A stretch of 64,000 nucleotides of DNA from Muribaculaceae bacterium (GCA_009775195.1 VSPF01000001.1:3243-67242); one strand, 5' to 3'. Shown: positions 17,926 to 29,462, counted from the first letter of the stretch. Translations and numbers: made by a program. Notes: a model not told the origin generated them from the sequence alone.

Positions 17926-19372
17926 CCCGTCATCGACTTTCCGCCACCTCGACTGGCCCACGGTCATCATATACCTGATTATGGTTTTTGCCGGCATGGT
18001 GAGCATTTATGCCGCCTGCTACAACTTCGACAACGCCTCGATGTTTGCCGACACCGAGTTCTCGGGCAAACAGTTGCGCTGGATTGGCCTGTCAGTAGGC
18101 CTCGGCCTTGTCATACTGCTCATCGACGCACGCATGTACGAGACCTATGCCTTCCCCATCTATGTGGCACTGATGGTGCTATTGGCGGTCACGCCGTTTT
18201 TAGCCGAAGACACAAAGGGCTCGTATTCGTGGATAAAATTCGGCGGCATGAGCCTGCAACCGGCCGAATTTGCCAAATTCGCCACTGCGCTGGCCCTGGC
18301 GAAACTATTTAGCGGCTACCATTTCGACCTCAATGCCAAGTGGACAAACTACGTCAAGGCCATAACTATCATAGTTGTGCCCATAGTGCTAATCTTGCTC
18401 CAGAATGAAACCGGCTCGGCACTGACATTCATGGCCCTCTTCTTCGTCCTCTACCGCGAGGGCATGAGCGGCCTCGTGCTGTTTGCAGCCTTGTTTGCCG
18501 TGGTAATCTTCGTGGTAGGCATCAAGTTTACCGAGACTATGATTATGGGTATGCCGGCAGGCCAGTTCTATGTGCTGTTGATGATTATGATTGTCATGAT
18601 AGGCATGACGGTGGCATACTCGCGCCGCTACGAAGTGGGGCGCAACCTGCTCGTCTGGTTTGCCGGTATCGGCCTGGTCGAGTTTATACTCACGCTCTGC
18701 GGCATTGCCGTGCCCGGCCTCATTGTCAACATTTCGGCAATAGGCATAGCATGTGTCTACATCGTTGTCGAGGCTGTGACGCTGCGCCGCCCCAGGCTCT
18801 ACGTATCAGTCGCCACTGCCGTATTGTCAATCGCCTTCCTATTTTCGGTCGGCGCGGCCTTCGACCACCTGCAGCCGCACCAGAAACTGCGCATACAGGT
18901 AGCCCTCGGCATAGTCGAAGACCTCCGCTCGGCCGGCTACAATGTCAACCAGTCTAAAATCGCAATTGGCTCGGGCGGCTTCTTCGGCAAAGGATTTCTC
19001 AACGGCACCCAGACCAAGCTGAAATACGTGCCCGAGCAGCATACCGACTTTATCTTCTGCACCATTGGCGAGGAAGAGGGCTTCGTGGGCACGATGATAG
19101 TGACCCTGCTCTTCTTAGGGCTAATCTTGCGAGTCATCTCTATCGGCGAACGACAGCCCACGACCTTCGGCCGAGTCTATGCCTACTGCGTGGCCTCGTA
19201 TTTCATATTCCATTTCTGCATCAATATCGGCATGGTCATAGGGCTGTGCCCCGTCATAGGCATACCGCTGCCGTTCTTCAGCTACGGCGGCTCGTCGCTA
19301 TGGGGTTTTACAATCCTGCTCTTTATACTGCTCAAAATCGACGCTTCGCGCAAGAACTATCTCTCCTACTAA
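17903..19372 (+). CDS. rodA: Rod shape-determining protein RodA (SEDS)
   Basis: LQPAEFAK, QSKIAIGSGG, VPEQHTDFIF, PLPFFSYGGS. Confidence 0.96.
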   Translation: MPLPRRNDPSSTFRHLDWPTVIIYLIMVFAGMVSIYAACYNFDNASMFADTEFSGKQLRWIGLSVGLGLVILLIDARMYETYAFPIYVALMVLLAVTPFLAEDTKGSYSWIKFGGMSLQPAEFAKFATALALAKLFSGYHFDLNAKWTNYVKAITIIVVPIVLILLQNETGSALTFMALFFVLYREGMSGLVLFAALFAVVIFVVGIKFTETMIMGMPAGQFYVLLMIMIVMIGMTVAYSRRYEVGRNLLVWFAGIGLVEFILTLCGIAVPGLIVNISAIGIACVYIVVEAVTLRRPRLYVSVATAVLSIAFLFSVGAAFDHLQPHQKLRIQVALGIVEDLRSAGYNVNQSKIAIGSGGFFGKGFLNGTQTKLKYVPEQHTDFIFCTIGEEEGFVGTMIVTLLFLGLILRVISIGERQPTTFGRVYAYCVASYFIFHFCINIGMVIGLCPVIGIPLPFFSYGGSSLWGFTILLFILLKIDASRKNYLSY

Positions 19373-21670
19373 TCAGAACGGATAGCCTATGGCGAGGTGG
19401 AACGCCAGCGATTTGCCAAACGACTTCATGTTGTAGTAGCCGCTCTTGCCGGTGTCATAAGGCGCGTGGATGCCTATGCCGAGGTCGCCACGGATTACAA
19501 GCATACTGATGTCGAAGCGCAGGCCCACGCCCGTACCCAGGGCGAGGTCGCGGAAAAAGGTCTTGCCGCGCAAGGTGCCACCGGGCCGCATAGGGTCGTC
19601 TTTGAGCAGCCACACATTGCCCGTATCCACAAACAAGGCTCCATGAAGGGGGCCGAAAATCGGGAAACGGTATTCGACATTAGCCTCGAACTTAAATGTA
19701 CCCGTGCGGTCGAAATAATCTTCGGGTTGCCCCGGAGGTGCCTTGTAGCTGCCCGGACCGATTGAGCGCACCGTGAAGGCGCGGATAGAGTTGGCACCCC
19801 CGACATAGAACTGCTCGGAATATGGCACCTGCGTACTGTTGCCGTATGCATGGGCGGCACCCACGGCGACGCGGCTTACAAGCCAGTTGTCACCCCCGAG
19901 GCGGCGCCCCCACACAAGCTGGGTCTGACCCTTGACAAACTGCGAGAACGGTGTGCCGAACAAGTCCTTGCGGCCATTTTTGCCACAAGCCCTGTAAATC
20001 GCCCAAAAAACATTGCCGGCCTCCTGGACTGTAAATTGCCAGTTGAGCGTGTTGTCGCGGCCAAAAGCACGGTCATAGACATAGGTATAGGCCATCTGGG
20101 GTATAAACTGGCTCATGAAACTCTGGGCCACGGCAGGGTTGGCGGCCATGATTGAATCGAAGTCATGGGTCGTATGCATCAGATTTGTATATGTCAGTTT
20201 GAAGAGTGTCAGGGTGTTTGACACATAGCGTCGCAGGCGCCAGTCATAGTTGACAGAGGCATTGAACTGCGCCATCTTGAAATAGTGTGGCCTGTTGAGC
20301 AGGTCGGCATTTAGCTGGAAGCGCGTCCAGTTGAGATTGTAGCGGCTGCGCGGTATAAATTTCGGAGCTAAGAGCCGAGGGAAGGCAAGCGACCCGGTAA
20401 GACCGACCTCGTAGGAGTTGAATATGCTGCGGCGCCCATGACCGGTCTGCCACTCGTATGTGCCGGTAAGCTTGACCGACAACTGTTCGCCGCCGCCAAA
20501 TATATTTTTATTGGTCACACCGAATGTAAGGCCCGGGCCGATATAGCTGTTCGACTTCGACGAGGCATTTACCTCGAGCGAGGTTTCGAGCGGTGCGTCG
20601 AAGGTGGCGAAGACATCTACATTAAGCTTGCGTGCAGCCAAATCGTTGGTGTCGGGATATGCCTCTATGTTGATGGTGTTGAATATGCCGAGCCGTGCGA
20701 GGTTAGCCTGCGTGCGGTCCATGTTCCTTACCGAGAAGCGTCGTCCGGGACGGAAGGTGACATTCTCGTCAATCAGCTTTCGCCGCAGCCTCGAAGGCAT
20801 CATCTGGATAAGCGTGGCGCGCTTCATCTCTACGGTATCGGGGGAGCCACCGCCCTGGTTACGGGCGATATGCACAGTCACCTTGCCGGTGGTATAGGGA
20901 TTGAGGGCAAACTTGGGAGTGTTCGACGCAAGCATCATCTTAAGCTCGATTTCGCCCGGATTGGCTATACTGTCGGCAAGATACTCTATGAACTCCGGCC
21001 TGAAGAAATAATAACCACGGTTACGGAGCGAGTTGGTAATACGGGTCCGGGCAACCGACAGCGAGTCGGTCGAGTAGCGCGGACGCACAGCAGTGAGGTA
21101 TGAGTCCTTGCGCGCAAGCGAATCGATAAGCGCGCCGAGCGCCGTAGTGTCGGGCAAAAGCCTTATATTGCGTATAGGATATCCCGGGCCGGGCACAACG
21201 TCGTAGTGTATTTTCGCCTTCTTACGGTTCTTGCCCTGCACGAGGCTATATGTGGCCGTGCCACGGAAATAGCCGTTGTTGTCAAGGATTTGCTCTATCA
21301 TGTGTGTGCGCACCTCGGGACGGACATCAGACACCAACACCGGCTCCTCGACCAGCTTCTCATAGAGCCAGTGCCGGAACCCGCTTTTCGGATTTGGCCA
21401 ATTGTTGTAGACCCACAGCCCCAGGGGGAAAGGATAACGCCAGCCGACCAATTTCCAATAGTTGTTGGGGGCCACGTCGACAGCCGACTTTATCGACGAA
21501 GCCATTGCTGCCGGCACCTTCATACTGTCGGAGGGCGCAATCGTGATGCCCTTGACACCGGTATAGAGGATTTCGTCGTCGGGAATACGGCGTGTGGTCG
21601 AACACGAAGCCGCCATGAGCACCGCCATGACGGCGGTGTAAACTAACAGATATTTTTCAATGCGTTTCAT
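19373..21670 (-). CDS. Omp85-family lipoprotein TamL/TamA (POTRA + beta-barrel)
   Basis: Lipobox AASC, FYVGGANSIRAF, FVDTGNVW, C-terminal IGYPF; downstream of tamB. Confidence 0.9.
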   Translation of the reverse strand: MKRIEKYLLVYTAVMAVLMAASCSTTRRIPDDEILYTGVKGITIAPSDSMKVPAAMASSIKSAVDVAPNNYWKLVGWRYPFPLGLWVYNNWPNPKSGFRHWLYEKLVEEPVLVSDVRPEVRTHMIEQILDNNGYFRGTATYSLVQGKNRKKAKIHYDVVPGPGYPIRNIRLLPDTTALGALIDSLARKDSYLTAVRPRYSTDSLSVARTRITNSLRNRGYYFFRPEFIEYLADSIANPGEIELKMMLASNTPKFALNPYTTGKVTVHIARNQGGGSPDTVEMKRATLIQMMPSRLRRKLIDENVTFRPGRRFSVRNMDRTQANLARLGIFNTINIEAYPDTNDLAARKLNVDVFATFDAPLETSLEVNASSKSNSYIGPGLTFGVTNKNIFGGGEQLSVKLTGTYEWQTGHGRRSIFNSYEVGLTGSLAFPRLLAPKFIPRSRYNLNWTRFQLNADLLNRPHYFKMAQFNASVNYDWRLRRYVSNTLTLFKLTYTNLMHTTHDFDSIMAANPAVAQSFMSQFIPQMAYTYVYDRAFGRDNTLNWQFTVQEAGNVFWAIYRACGKNGRKDLFGTPFSQFVKGQTQLVWGRRLGGDNWLVSRVAVGAAHAYGNSTQVPYSEQFYVGGANSIRAFTVRSIGPGSYKAPPGQPEDYFDRTGTFKFEANVEYRFPIFGPLHGALFVDTGNVWLLKDDPMRPGGTLRGKTFFRDLALGTGVGLRFDISMLVIRGDLGIGIHAPYDTGKSGYYNMKSFGKSLAFHLAIGYPF

Positions 21671-24600
21671 CGACAGTTTCGTTTTTTAGGTTTTCACGTT
21701 GTATACGGCGTTCCACAGCCTTCGGTGTGAGGAACATGTCGCCGAGGCGGCGCAGTTTGCGACGGTACACGAAGCCCACGCCGGTCTGGGTAATCTCGCC
21801 CTCGAGTATGCTCTCGTAGCCTGTATGGCGGAACAGACGGACATACATGGTACGCTGGGCATTGAGGAAGTATTCAAACGAAATATCGTTAATCAGGTTT
21901 TGCGAGAAGTTCTCGTCGGCATTGGCATCGGTAGAGTAATTGCCGCCGACCACGATTTTGAAGCGGTCGTTGAAGAGCGATTTCGACACCTGGTAGGAAT
22001 AACTCATCGTCTGCGAGGTATTGCCGTCGATAGTGCGGTCGTACTGGTCGATACCAAATGATATGTCGACACCCTTGATGTTGTTTGCCGCCCACGAGTT
22101 GACCTGCGACTCGAGGAACGAGAAGAGCGGGTTGCCGGCAAGCGAAGCATCGCCCTTTGTGCCGGGGCCGGTGTATACATTATAGAGCAGCATATTCATG
22201 GCCTGGTTGGCGCGTTGTTGCGGCGTCATGCTCTCGAGTTCGTTGGCAACGGTGATATCATCGTTGGTCGACAGGTCGAAGGCGACATCCATCTGGTTGA
22301 GCGTGCCGGTCACAGACAAGCCAATATCGAAGTTGACCAGTCGCGAGTTTTGGCCCGTCTGTGTCACATTGGCCTTTACCACGTCGTTGGCGTGGATGTT
22401 GAGGGTCGGGTTCATCATGTCGCCATTGAAAGCTACATAACTGCCGCGCACAAAATTAAATAACTTCTCGCTCATGAAAGGCGGCGAGTAGCGCACGAAG
22501 CCCTTGTCGAGATTTATACGGCCCGACAGGCGTCCGTTGTCGAGCGGCGACATCTCGAATGTCAACTGGCCGTTGCTCTCTACCTGGGCGCGGTTTTTGC
22601 CGTCGGGCGACAGGTAGACATTGATTATATTGCCGTCCTGCAGGGTAAGGTTGGCATCGAGCATCATTGCCATGCCCGACTGCGCGAGCGAGTCAGCGGC
22701 GACAACCGCTGCCGAATCGGTGAAATTGACAAATTTCACCATATCGCCGACCGAGCGGTTTGCCAGCGTCGTTGTCGCGCCGGGTATGACATAGGTGATG
22801 TTGGTGCCCGAATTGACACTAAGGTCGGCATTTACCATCATAAAGCTCATTGACCCTCGGGCAGTGGCATTGAGACTTATATAGCCCTTGCCGAATATGT
22901 CGGCTCCCTTCTGCAGCCTGTTGCTATTGACTATCATCATGTTGTCGGCCTTGAGGGCGAGGTTGAACTTCATGTTGTCGAGCGAGGAAATATCGACCGT
23001 GCCGTTTACATTGAGCGGATTATCGTTGCAACCCTTGATGCTGAAATTGTCGAAGCTCACGAGCCCGTCGACAACCTTGATTGGCGTGGGACTGAACATA
23101 TATTCGGTGCCCGTCATGCCCAGCCGCACGGCGGTGGAGTCGAAATCGAGTGTGCCGTTGAATATAGGCGCATCCTCTGTGCCCGAAATCTTAAGGCTGC
23201 CGTTGAGCATACCCGACATACGCGCCACATTGCCCGGAAGGAACGGATTGACCGTGGCAAGGGGGAACCTTATCATCGAGAAATCGAGAGCGAGAGGCGA
23301 TATGGCCGTGCTGTCGTTGAGCGCACCCGAGAGCGTCATTGTCTTCACTCCGTCGACGAGCACGTCGGCATCGGCCCTGATTGTGCCCGACGGGGTTGCG
23401 GCGATGTTGAAATTTGTCTTGAAATCGGCAACCCTCTGCTTGCCATATACAAAATTGGTAATACCGGCACTGCCCTGCCCGACAAGCATCCCGTCGTGAC
23501 GGTTGAGGCGCATATCGGCATTGACATCACCCTTAATCGGCGGGGCGAAAGGATTTACGGCAATCCAGTCGCTCAGATGTATGTCGGTGAGCTGGAGCAC
23601 GAGGTCTTCCTGCAAGTGCGAACGATGGGTCGTACTGTCGGGATGCTCGGTATAAATTGCCAGGGCACTATTGCCACCCTTCATGCGCAGGTTGGCATCG
23701 ATATGGCCGGTAGGTATGTTGTAGCTGATAAAATTGTCGGGGTTCGCAGACCATGACTGATATGCGATAATGGGGCTGTAGGGCCGCACATGCAGCGTGA
23801 GTGTAGAGTCCGCAGCGTCGCTCTGCGCGGCAAGGCCTATTTCGTAGCCGGTTACGCCCTTGAGGTTTTGCTGCTTAAGACCCACGTGGGCATATTTACC
23901 CTGTATGACGGTCTTGAGGTCGACGCGATGCCATTGGTCGAGATTACCGGGCCGATTGCGCACCCCGGCATCGAGATGGAAGTGGCCACGGTGTTCGCCC
24001 CCGCCGATAAATATCGAGTCGAGCAACATACTGCCCGTATCAAAACGCTCGACAGAGCCATTGATGACGAGCGTGCTGTCGTTGGCAACGCGGAAGTCAA
24101 ACGAACGCACCGACATCTTCGACGGCGCCAGTATGTCGTTGACCAGGTTTGAGCGGCCTCCGTGCATGTCGAGGGCAAAAGGCGGCAGGGTGCTACACAG
24201 CGTGTCGGCATCGAGGGTGTACACGGCAAGCTGTTTGCCCAACAGGTCGGAAAAGGCCGTAAATGAAGACATGAGGCTATCAAGAGCGGCCGGCGAGCGG
24301 AACGAAGCATCGAGGTCGCGATTTTTGACAGTAAGGTAGGTAAGGCTGTCGGCGGCATCGAAGCGCGCGTTTATGTCATTGAGCGCAATCGTGCCTTCCG
24401 CCCTGCGGAAAAATACATCGCTGACATTGACAACGGCCTGTATGTCGTTTTTGCCCGGGCCTATGACGGCATTGCCTTCGAGGGCGATTTCGAGCGAGGC
24501 AGGCTCCTGCATGAATTTCAGCGCATAGAGGTCGATATAGCTGCCGTCGAGGCTTGCATTCCAGTTATACACATTGCCGTCGAGATTGCCGTCGGCAAGA

Positions 24601-26453
24601 AGCGAAAACTCGGCCGAGGGGTTTGCAGACTTGAGCGATACGGTGGCGTGGCCGTTGTCGAGACCGGCCTTTGCCTTTATGTCGGTATATGCCACACCGT
24701 CGTACACGGCGTTGGCAACATCAATATCGGCATCGATTTTTGTCGATTTTACAAAGGGGTCGTATCCACGGCCGGTCACATGTGCCTTGGCAGTCACCTG
24801 CTCTACCCCCAAGAGGGGCATAAAGGCTTGCACAGGGAAGGTTGAGGCCGTCACGTCGGCGCGATAAGCCTCGGCATCGCCGTTCCACCGTGCGTCGAGC
24901 CCTATGCGGCCACCTTTCGTAACGGCGGTCAGACGGCCGTCAACTACACCACGCTTCATGGCAACATTGCCATCGAGCGTCATCGGCGGTATGCGCAGCA
25001 TGGCGGCGGTCTCCTTTGCCAACAGCTTGTTTTTGAAACTGTTGACATTTATAATATTGCCCCTGAGCTTGATATTTCCGCCAAGAGCTACGGGGTTCAT
25101 CATATTTTCGACATTGCCCGAGGCGTTGAGGGTAACACAATTGTTAAGCAGCAATCGCGCATTGTCGATTACGAGATTGCCCGTAGTGCCCGACGCACCG
25201 AGTGTAAGCAATATATCGTCGGCAGCCGGTATAGCAGCCAGGTAGGGCGTGAAAGCCGGGAACATGTCGGCCATATCGCCCGGTGCAAAAGCTCCGTCAA
25301 GGTTTATACCGAGGGGGAGCGAGGGGTCAGACACCATGTCGCCCATACCCATCACGCCGTCGAAGCGCACATCGGTGCCTCGCGGTGTGGCAAGGTGCAC
25401 CTGCCGGAAATTCAAGGCGGCAGAATCAATGTCGAGTGTGCCGTCGACATCAAGTACAACACCACAGCGTTCGCGACCATGGAGTTTCAAGGGGAGTCTT
25501 ACCGTAGTGGCCTGATTATAAAAATCATGCAAGGCCAGGTCGATACTGTCGAGACTTATATACGTGAAATCAAGGCCGGGCAGCGGTGTCACCCCGGCAG
25601 TGGCATAGAGGGCGTCACCACCGTGAAAATCGATGCTGTCGATTGCGACAGTCCACGGGGCAGAAGTGACCGTATCTGACGACGCAGCCAGCGGATACGG
25701 GCCCGAGGCCGCGAGCATGGCCGAGTCGGGCACGATATAGCGCGCACTGAGGCCGCGACCCTTGAAGGATGCGAGGTCGATTTTCTGATTGAAAAGGTCT
25801 ACGAGGCCGTCGCGCAACTCAGATGCGGCAATGTGGGCCGACAAGGTGTCGATTGTCGGCATCATGCGCATGGTATAGGTGAAATCGTCGAGGGCTATGC
25901 GGTCGAGGGCTATGCTCATGCGCGTAGGCGGTGCCGGCGGGGTCGGCGGCGCGGTATCGGTATTCATCACCATAGTCAGGCGACCGCCGCGTATAAGCCC
26001 GTCGCCGACCTTTATAGCCATGTCGGCAAGTTTTACCGATGCCGGTGCAAGGGCAACGCTGTCGGCGGCAATGTTGAGAAACAAGGCCGAATCAGGCACA
26101 CCCATGCGATATCGTACGCCCGACACTTCAGCCCCGGATATTACCGCTTTGCCTGCCAATAAGGGCAATACATCAATCTCGGCCCGCAGCGACGACGCTG
26201 CCATCATGGTGTCGCCGTAAGAAGTAAGGACAAGGCCGCCGGCTTCAATATCGAGGGGGAAGTCAAGGCGGAAAAAATCGAGTGACAAATCTGCTGCGGG
26301 AGTGGACAGTTTGGCAACGACAGCCCGGCGCGCTTTATCCTGGGCCCAGTCGGAATATAGAAGTGCCACCACACCGCACAACAAGAGTACGACTGCCAGG
26401 ACGGTATATCCCAGCAGACGTACGATGTGTTTGATAATACTCCAAGCTTTCAC
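21657..26453 (-). CDS. tamB: Translocation and assembly module TamB
   Basis: 1598 aa, N-terminal TM anchor, beta-taco-like repeats, C-terminal DUF490-like region (FNGDMMNPTLNI...YESILEGEI). Confidence 0.88.
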   Translation of the reverse strand: MKAWSIIKHIVRLLGYTVLAVVLLLCGVVALLYSDWAQDKARRAVVAKLSTPAADLSLDFFRLDFPLDIEAGGLVLTSYGDTMMAASSLRAEIDVLPLLAGKAVISGAEVSGVRYRMGVPDSALFLNIAADSVALAPASVKLADMAIKVGDGLIRGGRLTMVMNTDTAPPTPPAPPTRMSIALDRIALDDFTYTMRMMPTIDTLSAHIAASELRDGLVDLFNQKIDLASFKGRGLSARYIVPDSAMLAASGPYPLAASSDTVTSAPWTVAIDSIDFHGGDALYATAGVTPLPGLDFTYISLDSIDLALHDFYNQATTVRLPLKLHGRERCGVVLDVDGTLDIDSAALNFRQVHLATPRGTDVRFDGVMGMGDMVSDPSLPLGINLDGAFAPGDMADMFPAFTPYLAAIPAADDILLTLGASGTTGNLVIDNARLLLNNCVTLNASGNVENMMNPVALGGNIKLRGNIINVNSFKNKLLAKETAAMLRIPPMTLDGNVAMKRGVVDGRLTAVTKGGRIGLDARWNGDAEAYRADVTASTFPVQAFMPLLGVEQVTAKAHVTGRGYDPFVKSTKIDADIDVANAVYDGVAYTDIKAKAGLDNGHATVSLKSANPSAEFSLLADGNLDGNVYNWNASLDGSYIDLYALKFMQEPASLEIALEGNAVIGPGKNDIQAVVNVSDVFFRRAEGTIALNDINARFDAADSLTYLTVKNRDLDASFRSPAALDSLMSSFTAFSDLLGKQLAVYTLDADTLCSTLPPFALDMHGGRSNLVNDILAPSKMSVRSFDFRVANDSTLVINGSVERFDTGSMLLDSIFIGGGEHRGHFHLDAGVRNRPGNLDQWHRVDLKTVIQGKYAHVGLKQQNLKGVTGYEIGLAAQSDAADSTLTLHVRPYSPIIAYQSWSANPDNFISYNIPTGHIDANLRMKGGNSALAIYTEHPDSTTHRSHLQEDLVLQLTDIHLSDWIAVNPFAPPIKGDVNADMRLNRHDGMLVGQGSAGITNFVYGKQRVADFKTNFNIAATPSGTIRADADVLVDGVKTMTLSGALNDSTAISPLALDFSMIRFPLATVNPFLPGNVARMSGMLNGSLKISGTEDAPIFNGTLDFDSTAVRLGMTGTEYMFSPTPIKVVDGLVSFDNFSIKGCNDNPLNVNGTVDISSLDNMKFNLALKADNMMIVNSNRLQKGADIFGKGYISLNATARGSMSFMMVNADLSVNSGTNITYVIPGATTTLANRSVGDMVKFVNFTDSAAVVAADSLAQSGMAMMLDANLTLQDGNIINVYLSPDGKNRAQVESNGQLTFEMSPLDNGRLSGRINLDKGFVRYSPPFMSEKLFNFVRGSYVAFNGDMMNPTLNIHANDVVKANVTQTGQNSRLVNFDIGLSVTGTLNQMDVAFDLSTNDDITVANELESMTPQQRANQAMNMLLYNVYTGPGTKGDASLAGNPLFSFLESQVNSWAANNIKGVDISFGIDQYDRTIDGNTSQTMSYSYQVSKSLFNDRFKIVVGGNYSTDANADENFSQNLINDISFEYFLNAQRTMYVRLFRHTGYESILEGEITQTGVGFVYRRKLRRLGDMFLTPKAVERRIQRENLKNETVDETH

Positions 26454-26519
26454 TTCAAAAATAAGTTGTGTGATGAATTTAACTTAAAACGGCTCGGAGA
26501 GTGTAAAAGTTCGCCTTCC

Positions 26520-27842
26520 CTATTTATTTTTTAGCTGTGTCACCCTTACCTTGGTATTCTTTATTTTGTAAGGTGCGACCGCCTCGACCGTCGCCCGGGC
26601 CTTGTCGGCCGGCACGGCGACATAGGCACAGTGGTCCCTGACATCGATACGTCCGACCTCGCCCGGGGCGAGACCGCCTTTGGAAATAAGGAAACCGGCT
26701 ATGTCGCCTCGCGATATTTTCTCTTTCTTACCGGCATTGAAATAGAGTGTCGATACACGGTCGGCGTGTTTTGGCTCTATTGCCGCGATTTTGCCGGGTT
26801 GTGCGGTCGCATAATCCGGCAAAGTCTCCTTTTCCGAAACTATGACGTATGCTTTGCCCAGTGTGCCGCCCAGACGCCCCGTGCGGCCATTGCGGTGCGC
26901 CCACGCCTCGGGCGTAGACGGCAGGTGGTAGTGCACCACGGCATCGACACCCTCTATATCAAGACCGCGCGCGGCAAGGTCGGTAGCCACCATCACCGGT
27001 GCCGTACCGTTGGAAAAAAGTATCAGCGCCCTCTCGCGCAAATCCTGGTCAAGACCGCCGTGATAAAGACACGACGGCATACCCAGCTTCTGCAAGTGGC
27101 CGTAGACACGCTCGGCAGCTTCGCGGTGATTGACAAAGACTATGGTCTTGTGTCCCGACAGGGCCTTGAGGAGGTCGACCACGGTATCGAGTTTGTCGGC
27201 GGCAGGGCTGTCGATTTGGAAGACTTCTACCGGTTTTTCGCCGGTCTGCGTGCCGTCGCTATAGTCGAGCACGTGCTCTACCTTGCCGACAAAGTCGGGT
27301 ATTTCGCCACTTGTCGCCGAGGTCAGCACAAGGCCCGACACATGCCTCATGGTGGCAACTATCCGCTTCATGTCGGGGGCAAAACCGAGCTCGAGGGCCT
27401 TGTCGTACTCGTCGATTACCAGGGTCTTGGTACTGGTCAGGTCGAGACGGCGACGGTTGATATGGTCGAGTAGACGCCCGGGGGTACCCACGACTATGTC
27501 GGGATTTGCAGCAAGACTCTTAGCCTCGGTCTCGAAGGAATGTCCGCCGTAGAGGGCGGTAGTCTTATAGTCGGGGGCAGCCAGCGGACGGACGGTATCA
27601 TAAATCTGAAGCACCAACTCGCGCGTCGGGGCTATCACAAGAGCCTTTACGCCCTCCCCGGACGGCCCGCTCATCGACCTCAACAAAGCTATGGCGAAGG
27701 CAAGTGTCTTGCCGCTGCCCGTGGGGGCCTGGAGCAACACCCTTGCCGGTAGCGCGGTGCGGGCCATCTCATCCTGCATAGGCAGCAGGCTGTCGATGCC
27801 AAGGGCTCGACGTGACCGCTCGAGTATGGTCTTCAGTTGCAT
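26520..27842 (-). CDS. DEAD/DEAH-box RNA helicase with DbpA RNA-binding domain
   Basis: PTGSGKT, PTREL, DEYD, SAT, HRNGRTGR, C-terminal GKKEKISRGDIAG. Confidence 0.9.
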   Translation of the reverse strand: MQLKTILERSRRALGIDSLLPMQDEMARTALPARVLLQAPTGSGKTLAFAIALLRSMSGPSGEGVKALVIAPTRELVLQIYDTVRPLAAPDYKTTALYGGHSFETEAKSLAANPDIVVGTPGRLLDHINRRRLDLTSTKTLVIDEYDKALELGFAPDMKRIVATMRHVSGLVLTSATSGEIPDFVGKVEHVLDYSDGTQTGEKPVEVFQIDSPAADKLDTVVDLLKALSGHKTIVFVNHREAAERVYGHLQKLGMPSCLYHGGLDQDLRERALILFSNGTAPVMVATDLAARGLDIEGVDAVVHYHLPSTPEAWAHRNGRTGRLGGTLGKAYVIVSEKETLPDYATAQPGKIAAIEPKHADRVSTLYFNAGKKEKISRGDIAGFLISKGGLAPGEVGRIDVRDHCAYVAVPADKARATVEAVAPYKIKNTKVRVTQLKNK

Positions 27843-27848
27843 AGTGTA

Positions 27849-28322
27849 TCAGAGATTGTCGTTGATGATTTTCTCGAAGTTCTCGGCAGGAAGGAGTTCG
27901 CCGGTGCCGATTTTCTTGAAATACGTGCCGTCGGGCTTGAGGAAGAGCACGGCCGGAATTGATTCACCCATCTGGTATGCCTCGAAGAGATTACCGAGCT
28001 TGTCGACATCGACAGATATAAATGTCACCTTGCCCTGGTATTTGGCAGCTAACTCTTCGAGCACGGGGGTAAGCTGACGGCAAGGGCCGCACCACACGGC
28101 ATTGAAATCGACAACGGTCAACTGCTCTACCTTGACACCGGGAGTAAGCGCGGAAGCATCTTCGAGTTCGATTACCTTTCCGTCTTTTGCCACGGGGGCG
28201 TATTTGGCGACCGAAGGTTGCTCTACGGCTGCTTCTTCAGTTTCGGTAGTCTGGGTCGACTGGTTGCCGCCGCACGAAGCAAGCGCGAATGCGGCAACAG
28301 CCATTAAAAAAATCTTTTTCAT
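27849..28322 (-). CDS. Lipoprotein thioredoxin
   Basis: Start MKKIFLM (28322), lipobox LASC, WCGPC. Confidence 0.88.
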   Translation of the reverse strand: MKKIFLMAVAAFALASCGGNQSTQTTETEEAAVEQPSVAKYAPVAKDGKVIELEDASALTPGVKVEQLTVVDFNAVWCGPCRQLTPVLEELAAKYQGKVTFISVDVDKLGNLFEAYQMGESIPAVLFLKPDGTYFKKIGTGELLPAENFEKIINDNL

Positions 28323-28426
28323 AAACAGTTTTATTAATTTCGCATGTTCACATAAATACGACAGCAACCATGCCGGGTTAAAGCCCGGCACGGTTGTATG
28401 TTAAACGCTCAATAAGGCACGTAAGT

Positions 28427-29353
28427 TTAAGCGAGGGCGGCGTTTGTCTTGTGCACGGCGGCAGCGCTGGCAGCGAAGAGGGCCTTTTCCTCGTCGTTGA
28501 GGTCGAGCTCTACAATCTTCTCGATACCATTGCGGCCAAGGATGCAAGGCACGCCTATGCAGAGGTCTTTCTCGCCATATTCGCCTTCGAGCAGGGCCGA
28601 GCAAGGCAGCATCTTCTTCTGGTCGCCGAGGACAGCGGCAACGACCTGGGCAGCGGCTGCGCCGGGGGCATACCATGCCGATGTACCCAGGAGCTTTGTC
28701 AGTGTGGCACCACCGACCATGGTGTCGGCAGCGACTTTGTCGAGCTGCTCGGCAGGGATGATTGTGCTTGCAGGGATACCACGGTAGGCGGCATAACGCT
28801 TGAGGGGAATCATGGTTGTATCGCCGTGACCGCCGATAACCATACCCTCGACCTCGTTGATATTGGCATTGAGGGCGATGCTCAGGAAATATTTGAAGCG
28901 TGCGCTATCGAGTGCGCCGCCCATACCGATGATGCGGTTGCGGGGCAGCTTGGTAACGCGGTGAATCAGATATGTCATGGTGTCCATAGGGTTGGAGACG
29001 CACACGATGATGGCGTTGGGCGAATGGGCAAGGATGTTCTCTGTAACCGAGCGCACGATGCCGGCATTTACACCAATCAGTTCTTCGCGGGTCATGCCGG
29101 GCTTGCGGGGGATGCCTGAAGTTATGACAACGACATCAGAGCCCTCGGTGCGGGCATAATCGTTTGTGACACCCACAAGGCGGCTGTTGAGACCGAGGAT
29201 GTTTGCGGCCTGCATGATATCCATGGCCTTACCTTCAGATACACCTTCTTTGATATCGAGGAGAACGACTTCGTCGGCAAGCTGGCTTGTCACCAGCACG
29301 TTAGCACATGTTGCGCCTACATTACCGGCGCCTACGACTGTAACTTTTGACAT
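28427..29353 (-). CDS. mdh: Malate dehydrogenase
   Basis: GAGNVG, GIPRKPGMTREEL, LDSARF, GGHGD; start MSKVTV. Confidence 0.95.
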   Translation of the reverse strand: MSKVTVVGAGNVGATCANVLVTSQLADEVVLLDIKEGVSEGKAMDIMQAANILGLNSRLVGVTNDYARTEGSDVVVITSGIPRKPGMTREELIGVNAGIVRSVTENILAHSPNAIIVCVSNPMDTMTYLIHRVTKLPRNRIIGMGGALDSARFKYFLSIALNANINEVEGMVIGGHGDTTMIPLKRYAAYRGIPASTIIPAEQLDKVAADTMVGGATLTKLLGTSAWYAPGAAAAQVVAAVLGDQKKMLPCSALLEGEYGEKDLCIGVPCILGRNGIEKIVELDLNDEEKALFAASAAAVHKTNAALA

Positions 29354-29462
29354 AGTTGAAACGTGATAATATGATAGTAGTGATTTATTAACTATTACAG
29401 TGCCGGGGCGCATACGCGCCTCGACACTGCAAAGATAGATATTTTCTACATTTTAAGCAAAC